This document shows positions 57,024 to 64,000 of a stretch of DNA of 64,000 nt, in pieces. The notes beneath the pieces are model-generated. The model saw only the letters and a list, made by a program, of their open reading frames with translations. It was not told where the DNA came from and ran no database searches. The translations under genes and the position numbers were made by a program. Numbering within the stretch: position 1 is the stretch's first letter; every line of letters begins with the position of its first letter. The DNA comes from an uncultured Clostridia bacterium (GTDB lineage Bacteria; Bacillota; Clostridia; Oscillospirales; Ruminococcaceae): NCBI GenBank assembly GCA_944385905.1, contig CALWZA010000019.1, positions 37,535 to 101,534 of the forward strand, in the 5' to 3' direction.

Positions 57024-58106
57024 ATGAGCAGAGTTTACAATTTCAGCGCCGGTCCCGCTATGCTCCCCGAAAAAGTGCTCGAGACCGCCGCTGCTCAGAT
57101 GCTTGAGTATAAGACCACAGGTCAGTCGGTAATGGAAATGTCTCACCGTTCAAAGGAATATCAGGCGATTATCGACGGAGTTGAGGCAAGTTTAAGAGAA
57201 GTAATGTCTATTCCCGACAACTATAAAGTCCTGTTTTTGCAGGGCGGAGCCTCCTCTCAGTTCGCAATGATTCCTCTGAATCTTATGAACAAAACAGGCA
57301 AGGCTGATTTTGTAATCACAGGTCAGTGGGCTAAGAAGGCTTATCAGGAAGCTTCAAGATACGGCGAGTGCAATGTCGTAGCTTCCTCGGCTGACAAGAC
57401 TTTCTCATATATCCCCGAGCTTGACAAGTCTAAGTTTAACCCCACCGCGGATTATTTCCACATCTGTCAGAACAACACAATCTACGGAACACGCTTTACA
57501 GAGCTTCCCGACACAGGAAACGTTCCTCTTGTAGCGGATCTTTCTTCATGCATACTTTCCGAGCCTGTTGACGTTTCAAAGTACGGAATGATTTACGCGG
57601 GCGCTCAGAAGAACATGGGACCTGCCGGACTTACGGTTGTAATCATCCGTGAGGACCTCATCGGAAACGCGAGGGATATCTGCCCGACAATGTTCAACTA
57701 TCAGATTCATGCAGAAAACGGTTCTATGTACAACACACCGCCTACATACGGAATTTATATTCTCGGTCTTGTTCTTGACTGGATAAAGGAAATGGGCGGA
57801 CTTGAGGCTATGAAGGCACGCAACGAAAAGAAAGCCGCAATGCTTTATGATTTTCTCGACAGCTCAAAGATGTTTAAGGCGACAGTTTCGGGAAAGGACC
57901 GCTCGATTATGAACGTTCCTTTTATCACGGGAAATGAGGAGCTTGACGCAAAGTTCGTTTCTGAGGCTAAGAAAGCAGGCTTTATAAACCTCAAGGGTCA
58001 CCGCACAGTCGGCGGAATGAGAGCGTCTATATATAACGCTATGCCTGTAGAGGGCGTTGAAAAGCTCGTCGAGTTTATGAAAAAGTTTGAGGCGGAAAAC
58101 GCTTAA
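57024..58106 (+). CDS. serC: Phosphoserine aminotransferase.
   Basis: YNFSAGPAMLPE..MEMSHRSKE..GAQKNMGPAGLT. Confidence 0.95.
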   Translation: MSRVYNFSAGPAMLPEKVLETAAAQMLEYKTTGQSVMEMSHRSKEYQAIIDGVEASLREVMSIPDNYKVLFLQGGASSQFAMIPLNLMNKTGKADFVITGQWAKKAYQEASRYGECNVVASSADKTFSYIPELDKSKFNPTADYFHICQNNTIYGTRFTELPDTGNVPLVADLSSCILSEPVDVSKYGMIYAGAQKNMGPAGLTVVIIREDLIGNARDICPTMFNYQIHAENGSMYNTPPTYGIYILGLVLDWIKEMGGLEAMKARNEKKAAMLYDFLDSSKMFKATVSGKDRSIMNVPFITGNEELDAKFVSEAKKAGFINLKGHRTVGGMRASIYNAMPVEGVEKLVEFMKKFEAENA

Positions 58107-58190
58107 TTTGGCTTTTGAAATATTTTATAAGGGCGGAAAATTATCCGCCCTGACGTTTATTTAAGCATTGTTTTGGAAAGGATGACAGAC

Positions 58191-59369
58191 ATGTACAACA
58201 TATTAACCCTCAATAAAATCGCTAAGGTCGGAACAGATAAGCTTGACAAGGCTAATTACACTGTTTCGGACAGCGTTGAGAATCCAGACGCTATAATGGT
58301 GCGTTCGGCCGCGATGCACGACATGACATTCGGCTCAAACCTTCTCGCTATCGCAAGAGCGGGCGCCGGAGTCAACAACATACCGGTTGACAGATGCGTT
58401 GAGGAGGGAATCTGCGTTTTTAACACACCGGGAGCCAACTCAAACGCAGTTAAGGAGCTTGTAATCTGCGGAATGCTTTTGGCTTCAAGAGATATCAAGG
58501 GCGGAATCGACTGGGTTAAATCGGTAAAGGACGACCCGACAGTCGCAAAGCTTGTTGAAAAGGAAAAGTCAAAGTTCGCAGGACACGAAATCAAGGGAAA
58601 AACTCTCGGAATTATCGGACTCGGAGCAATCGGAGGTCAGCTTGCAAACGCCGCGGTTTCACTCGGCATGAACGTTTTGGGATGCGACCCCTATATCTCA
58701 ATTGACGCCGCTTGGAAAATGAGCAGCGCTGTCAAGAAGGTTAATACCAGAGAGGAAATTTTCGAAAACAGCGATTTCATTTCCGTTCACACTCCGCTTA
58801 TTGAAAATTCAGACCCGAGCGTCAACACAAAGTATATGATAAATAAGGACACTATCGCAATGATGAAGGACGGAGTGATTATTCTCAACTTCGCCCGCGA
58901 TACCCTTGTAAACGACGACGACATCGCCGAGGCGCTTAAATCGGGCAAGGTCGCAAAGTATGTAACCGATTTCCCGAACGCAAAGACGGCAGGCATGGAG
59001 GGAGCTATCGCAATTCCTCACCTCGGAGCCTCAACAGAGGAGTCGGAGGACAACTGCGCTGTTATGGCTGCGCTTGAGCTTGCGGACTATATCGAAAACG
59101 GAAACATCACAAACTCGGTTAATCTTCCGAACTGCAGCCTCAACAAAACGGCAGACCACATGGTATGCGTAATTCACAAAAACGTACCGTCAATTTTGTC
59201 GCAGATTACAACTGTTTTGTCAGAGTCGGGGGCGAACATTGAAAATCTCGCCAGCAAGTCGAAGAAAGACTGGGCTTACACAATGCTCGACGTAACCGGC
59301 AATGTTCAGACCGATGTAGTTAAAAAACTTGAATCTGCTGAGGGAATTGTCAAGGTAAGAGTGCTTTAA
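58191..59369 (+). CDS. serA: D-3-phosphoglycerate dehydrogenase with a C-terminal ACT domain.
   Basis: GKTLGIIGLGAIGGQLA Rossmann motif, HLGASTEES, and an ACT-like tail. It follows serC. Confidence 0.85.
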   Translation: MYNILTLNKIAKVGTDKLDKANYTVSDSVENPDAIMVRSAAMHDMTFGSNLLAIARAGAGVNNIPVDRCVEEGICVFNTPGANSNAVKELVICGMLLASRDIKGGIDWVKSVKDDPTVAKLVEKEKSKFAGHEIKGKTLGIIGLGAIGGQLANAAVSLGMNVLGCDPYISIDAAWKMSSAVKKVNTREEIFENSDFISVHTPLIENSDPSVNTKYMINKDTIAMMKDGVIILNFARDTLVNDDDIAEALKSGKVAKYVTDFPNAKTAGMEGAIAIPHLGASTEESEDNCAVMAALELADYIENGNITNSVNLPNCSLNKTADHMVCVIHKNVPSILSQITTVLSESGANIENLASKSKKDWAYTMLDVTGNVQTDVVKKLESAEGIVKVRVL

Positions 59370-59390
59370 TAAATAAAAACAAACAAAAAT

Positions 59391-59428
59391 AATCGGAGAC
59401 GTATTTTTTCGGCGTCTCCGATTTTTTT
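59391..59428. terminator. Bidirectional terminator between the convergent serA and methyltransferase genes.
   Basis: AATCGGAGACG/CGTCTCCGATT stem followed by TTTTT, with an A-rich run upstream. Confidence 0.75.
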
Positions 59429-60149
59429 AAAGTAGTTTGTAAATTCTTTTCATTTCGTCCGAATATCCGCCGTCGGCTTCATTTACGGTAAAAAGAGGAG
59501 GCTCAATCTGCATAAAAGGCTTTCCGCCCTTTCTTCCCTCAATGAGAAAAAGCCAAGGAGCGGTTTTCGGGGTTTTTGACGCAAACCTCACACGCTTAGG
59601 CTCAATTCCGGCTTCACGCATAGCGCACATAACGTCGCAAAGCCTTTCGGGACGGTTGCAAAGGCAAAGCCTGCCTCCGAATTTCAGCGACCTTGCCGCC
59701 GCTTTGCAAACGTCGTTTATATCGCACAAAACCTCGTGACGGGCAATTGTTTCGGCGTCAAGCTCGTTTTTCAAGCCCGTGTTGTCAATTTTATAGGGGG
59801 GATTGCAGGTCACCAAGTCAACCTCGAGCGGAGAGGTGTACTCCTTTAAGTCGGCGTTGACAGCCTCCAAACCGTCTATTTTTGAACGCTCAACTGACAT
59901 TAAAAGCATGTCGTGAGCTTTTTTTTGAATTTCAACAGCGTAAATCATTTTCGGCTTAAAGTTTCTTTTCATAAGAAGAGCGACAATTCCGCTTCCCGTG
60001 CAAAGGTCTAAAACCGAGTCCTTGTTTCTGGGAGCGGCAAAATCCGCAAGCAAAAACGCGTCCGTTCCGAACCTGTGTTCGGTTGAAATACATATCTCAA
60101 TTCCTTCTCCGAGGCTTTCAAAGCTTAAATCACCGTACAATTTCATCAT
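59427..60149 (-). CDS. SAM-dependent methyltransferase, tRNA (adenine-N6)-methyltransferase (TrmN6/YfiC)-like.
   Basis: VLDLCTGSGIV (SAM motif I) and CNPPY (N6-adenine motif IV). The start is at the MMKLYG ATG, after the RBS AAAGGA. Confidence 0.75.
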   Translation of the reverse strand: MMKLYGDLSFESLGEGIEICISTEHRFGTDAFLLADFAAPRNKDSVLDLCTGSGIVALLMKRNFKPKMIYAVEIQKKAHDMLLMSVERSKIDGLEAVNADLKEYTSPLEVDLVTCNPPYKIDNTGLKNELDAETIARHEVLCDINDVCKAAARSLKFGGRLCLCNRPERLCDVMCAMREAGIEPKRVRFASKTPKTAPWLFLIEGRKGGKPFMQIEPPLFTVNEADGGYSDEMKRIYKLL

Positions 60150-60269
60150 CAGTCCTTTATAAAGGTTATTAATACCTCTTAAGTTTATCATAAAATCAAA
60201 AAAACCTCTACACTTTTTTTAAAAAATATGATACAATTATTTTATATATTTATTTATAAGGACTTGATT

Positions 60270-61265
60270 ATGAGTACAGTTACAATCGGGAGCAAAAATC
60301 CCGTTACAATTAAAAAGACAGCCGCTTTGGCTCCGATGGCGTCGGTTGCCGATTCGGCTTACCGCACTTTGTGCAGAAGCTTCGGGGCGTCGTATGTGGT
60401 AAGCGAAATGGTGTCGTCGAAAGGACTTTTTTATTCGGACAGAAAGACTGCCGAGCTTTGTACCGTCACCGACGCAGAAAGACCTATGGGCATACAGCTT
60501 TTCGGCGAAGACCCCGAATTTATGAAAAACGCGGTGACGCTTATTGAACGGTTTGAAGCGGATATAATAGATATAAACATGGGCTGTCCAGTTCCGAAAG
60601 TTGCGGGAAACGGAGCAGGCTCGGCGCTTATGAAAGACCCGCAAAAGGCTGAGAAAATAGTAAGAGCGGTAAAAAGCGTGTCGCCCTGCCCTGTAACGGT
60701 TAAAATCCGCTCGGGCTGGGACAATGACTGCATAAACGCCGTTGAGTTTTCAAAGCGTATGGAAGCCGCCGGCGCAGACGCAATTGCGGTTCACCCCAGA
60801 ACACGAAACCAAATGTACAGCGGACACTCGGACTGGGATATAATCAGGCAGATAAAGCAGGCTGTTTCTGTCCCCGTTATCGGAAACGGCGACGTCAAAT
60901 CGGCTTTGGACTGCAAAAAAATGTACGATGAAACGGGGTGCGACCTCGTTATGATAGGAAGAGCGTCATACGGAAACCCGTGGATTTTTAAAAGTATTGA
61001 CAAATACTTTGAAACAGGAGAGATACTTCCGCCGCCGGCTCTGAAAGAGAGGATAGAGGTAATGCTTACTCACGTTCGTATGATTGTTAAAAATCTCGGC
61101 GAGGGGCAGGGTATGCGTGAGGCGAGAAAAAACGTCGCGTGGTATTTAAAGGGACTTCCGAACGCCGCAAAATACCGAAACGAGTGCGGCTCGCTCGTTG
61201 CTTTTTCTCAGCTTGAGGATATGTCTCGGCGAATACTTCAAAGTCAGGCACAGTGCGAAGAGTAA
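60270..61265 (+). CDS. dusB: tRNA-dihydrouridine synthase.
   Basis: LAPMASVADSAYR, DINMGCPVPKV and VTVKIRSGWD. Confidence 0.9.
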   Translation: MSTVTIGSKNPVTIKKTAALAPMASVADSAYRTLCRSFGASYVVSEMVSSKGLFYSDRKTAELCTVTDAERPMGIQLFGEDPEFMKNAVTLIERFEADIIDINMGCPVPKVAGNGAGSALMKDPQKAEKIVRAVKSVSPCPVTVKIRSGWDNDCINAVEFSKRMEAAGADAIAVHPRTRNQMYSGHSDWDIIRQIKQAVSVPVIGNGDVKSALDCKKMYDETGCDLVMIGRASYGNPWIFKSIDKYFETGEILPPPALKERIEVMLTHVRMIVKNLGEGQGMREARKNVAWYLKGLPNAAKYRNECGSLVAFSQLEDMSRRILQSQAQCEE

Positions 61266-61302
61266 ATATCGGCATTGAACAGTAAATCTAAGGAGCAAAG
61301 CT

Positions 61303-61554
61303 ATGATTATCAGAACTTTCGGACACAATTATGAAATCGACCTTCACGGAATGACGGTCTCAGATGCGAAAAGAGAGCTTACTCTGCTTTTGAACCGCGC
61401 GGGAAAGGACTGCCATGAAATCGAGGTCATACACGGCTATACGGGCGGAACGGCGCTTCGTGATTTTGTCCGCAGAGAGTTTACTCATCCGAGAATAGAG
61501 AGAAAATTTTTGTCGCTGAATCAGGGAATAACAACCTTGATACTTAAAAGATAA
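61303..61554 (+). CDS. Small stand-alone Smr (MutS2-related) domain protein.
   Basis: 83 aa. EIDLHGMTVSDAK....IEVIHGYTGGTALR is the Smr LDLHG / HG-G-G pattern. RBS AAGGAG. Confidence 0.7.
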   Translation: MIIRTFGHNYEIDLHGMTVSDAKRELTLLLNRAGKDCHEIEVIHGYTGGTALRDFVRREFTHPRIERKFLSLNQGITTLILKR

Positions 61555-61571
61555 AGAAACGGAGAAACGCA

Positions 61572-64000
61572 ATGAAAATACTTGTTATCGACTCAAACAG
61601 CATAATGAACAGGGCGTTTTACGGAATAAAGCTTCTTTCAAACTCAAAGGGATTTTTCACAAACGCCCTGACAGGGTTTATGAACATCTACCTCAAGGAA
61701 ATCGAGACCCTCAAGCCCGACTGCGTTGCGGCGGCGTTTGATTTAAAAGCCCCGACCTTTCGGCACAAGGCGGTTGCTTCCTATAAAGCCAACCGAAAGG
61801 GAATGCCAAAAGAGCTTGCTTTGCAGATGCCGGTTATAAAAGAGCTGCTTTCTGCTCTCGGAGTTAAGATAATGGCAATCGAGGGCTGGGAAGCGGACGA
61901 TATTCTCGGCTCGGTTTCAAAGGTTTTTGCCGACAACAAAAATCAATGCTATATTCTGACCGGAGACAGGGATAATCTTCAGCTTATAAACGAGTTTACC
62001 ACAGTAAGGCTTGCCACCAACAGGGAAACCGTTACCTTTGACCGTGACAAATTTTTCGAGGAATACGGCACTGAACCGATAAACCTTATCGACATCAAGG
62101 CTCTTATGGGCGACAGCTCGGACAACATAAGCGGAGTTGCGGGAATCGGCGAAAAAACAGCCCTCTCGCTTATACACGACTATTCAAATATCGAGTATAT
62201 ATATGAAAATTTAGACAGCCTTCCCCTTTCGCAGGGGGTTAAAACAAAGCTTGCAAACGGCAAAGAAAAGGCTTTTGAAAGCAAGTGGCTTGCGACTATA
62301 TCAAAAGAAGCGCCGGTTGAGAAAAACTGTGAGGACTATCTTCTCTCAAAGCCGGACAAGGCAAAAGCGGCTGAAATTTTAACCGAAATGGAAATGTTCA
62401 AGCTTTTGGAAAAGCTCGGACTTTCAAGGGCGGACGCTTCGGAGATTGAAAAATCTTCTCAGGAGTCCGAAAAAAAATCATCACCGCTGCCTGAGTTTTC
62501 GGTTTCGCCCCTTTCAAATGACATAATTTCAAATCTCACAGCGGATACCGAGGCAGGGTTTATATATACCGATAAGCTTATACTTTCTGTTTATAATAAT
62601 ATTTATTATACAGATAGTATTGGTTTAACTCTTGATTTTTTCGAAAGCGGCTGCAAAAAAATCGCTTTTGAGGCGAAAAGCGCTTACAAGCTCTGCTTTG
62701 AAAACGGCAGGGAGCTTAAAAACGTTGTCTTTTGCTGTGATTTGGCAGGATATCTGCTCAATTCGCAGTCAAGCGGATACACGGTTGAAAATTTATGCTC
62801 GGCTTACCACGTTCCGTACCGCTCGGATATGGGCGAATATGCTGACGCCGCCTCACTTTTGCCGCTTTCAAAAAAGCTCGGCGAAGAGATTTCCTCGCTC
62901 GGCATGGACAGCCTTTTGTACGATATCGAACAGCCTCTCTGCGAGGTTTTGGCGTCGATGGAGACAATCGGCGTTAAAATCGACATTGACGGAGTTAAGG
63001 CTTTCGGCAGTCAGCTTTCTGCGGATATAAAAAACATTGAGGAGCAGATTTACGCATTTGCCGGAAAGGTTTTTAATATTTCCTCACCCAAACAGCTCGG
63101 AGTCGTGCTTTTTGAGGATTTGGGACTTCCCTGCAAGAAAAAGACGAAAAGCGGATATTCGACAAACGCCGAGGTCTTGGATTCGCTTTCGGACAAGCAC
63201 CCGATAATTCCGCTGATTCTCGAATACCGCACCTTAACAAAGCTGAATTCAACTTATGTTGACGGACTTTTGAAGGTCGTCGCGCCCGACGGCAGGGTTC
63301 ATTCCTCGTTTAACCAGACCGAAACCCGAACTGGCAGAATATCCTCAACCGAGCCGAATGTTCAGAACATTCCCGTCAGAAAAGAAATAGGCAGGAATAT
63401 GCGAAGATTTTTCATATCTGAAAACGGCTATGAGCTTTTGGACGCCGATTACAGCCAGATTGAGCTGAGAGTTCTTGCTTCGGTTTGCGGAGATAAAAAT
63501 ATGCAGGAGGCGTTTTTGTCGGGCAAGGATATTCACACCGCAACCGCCGCTCAGGTTTTCGGACTTCCTGAGGAATTTGTCACACCCGATATGAGAAGAG
63601 CCGCAAAGGCGGTTAATTTCGGAATAGTTTACGGAATCGGGGCATTTTCGCTTTCGCAGGATATAGGGGTTTCGGTTGCCGAGGCTGACAGATATATTAA
63701 GCAGTACTTGGCAAACTACCCCGATGTCGACAGGTTTATGAAAGAAACCGTCGAGTTCGGGCTTAAAAACGGCTATGTATCTACGATTTTTAACCGCCGC
63801 CGCTATATTCCCGAGCTTATGTCGTCAAACAAAATGCTTCAGGCTTTCGGAAAGCGAGCCGCCATGAATGCCCCCATACAGGGAGCCGCCGCGGATATTA
63901 TCAAAATAGCCATGGTGAAAGTATACAGACGGTTAAAAAATGAAAAATTAGACGCAAAGTTAATTTTGCAGGTTCATGACGAGCTGATAGTCGAGGCGTC
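61572..64000 (+). CDS. polA: DNA polymerase I; the 3' end runs off the window.
   Basis: It is not in the ORF track because no stop lies in the window. Hand translation gives MKILVIDSNSIMNRAFYG..GWEADDILG..LMGDSSDNISGVAGIGEKTA (5' nuclease). Later come RIHSSFNQTETRTGRISSTEPNVQNIP, DYSQIELRVLA and QVHDELIVE (polymerase motifs A-C). Confidence 0.95.
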   Translation, partial: MKILVIDSNSIMNRAFYGIKLLSNSKGFFTNALTGFMNIYLKEIETLKPDCVAAAFDLKAPTFRHKAVASYKANRKGMPKELALQMPVIKELLSALGVKIMAIEGWEADDILGSVSKVFADNKNQCYILTGDRDNLQLINEFTTVRLATNRETVTFDRDKFFEEYGTEPINLIDIKALMGDSSDNISGVAGIGEKTALSLIHDYSNIEYIYENLDSLPLSQGVKTKLANGKEKAFESKWLATISKEAPVEKNCEDYLLSKPDKAKAAEILTEMEMFKLLEKLGLSRADASEIEKSSQESEKKSSPLPEFSVSPLSNDIISNLTADTEAGFIYTDKLILSVYNNIYYTDSIGLTLDFFESGCKKIAFEAKSAYKLCFENGRELKNVVFCCDLAGYLLNSQSSGYTVENLCSAYHVPYRSDMGEYADAASLLPLSKKLGEEISSLGMDSLLYDIEQPLCEVLASMETIGVKIDIDGVKAFGSQLSADIKNIEEQIYAFAGKVFNISSPKQLGVVLFEDLGLPCKKKTKSGYSTNAEVLDSLSDKHPIIPLILEYRTLTKLNSTYVDGLLKVVAPDGRVHSSFNQTETRTGRISSTEPNVQNIPVRKEIGRNMRRFFISENGYELLDADYSQIELRVLASVCGDKNMQEAFLSGKDIHTATAAQVFGLPEEFVTPDMRRAAKAVNFGIVYGIGAFSLSQDIGVSVAEADRYIKQYLANYPDVDRFMKETVEFGLKNGYVSTIFNRRRYIPELMSSNKMLQAFGKRAAMNAPIQGAAADIIKIAMVKVYRRLKNEKLDAKLILQVHDELIVEA

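Overview
This 64 kb window looks like the chromosome of a spore-forming Firmicute of the Clostridia type. That assignment is inferred from spo0A, a CIRCE-controlled groESL, T-box regulation and lipoprotein-anchored glycosidases. Most of it is core housekeeping: the rpmG-secE-nusG-rplKAJL ribosomal cluster, metG, groESL, htrA, serCA, alr, polA, dusB, rsmI/rimI and seven tRNAs. Two AraC-regulated glycoside-hydrolase loci sit among these (GH43 x2, and GH2 + GH95). Two large genes are missing from the ORF track because they run off the window edges. One is a cyclic beta-1,2-glucan-synthase-like gene of at least 1696 codons (1..5089, minus strand), in an operon with two GT2 glycosyltransferases. 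The other is polA (61572..64000, plus strand). I found no CRISPR array, transposase, integrase, rRNA or recognisable defence system. The least ordinary region is a roughly 5 kb AT-flanked islet (about 33200-38257) next to tRNA-Tyr/Thr, whose codon usage looks different by eye. It holds a consensus promoter plus attenuator driving a decayed ABC importer (fragments joined out of frame), an orphan 127-aa ORF, an M20 amidohydrolase, an Fe-alcohol dehydrogenase, a 22-bp hairpin and a 79-aa orphan gene. Other items worth checking are a Trp T-box in front of an orphan trpB and two unclassified structured leaders (upstream of rpmG and of a GNAT gene). The ribosomal cluster also lacks rpoBC downstream and tuf upstream. 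All calls come from reading the sequence by eye. No database search or RNA folding was run, so family names are motif-level assignments.
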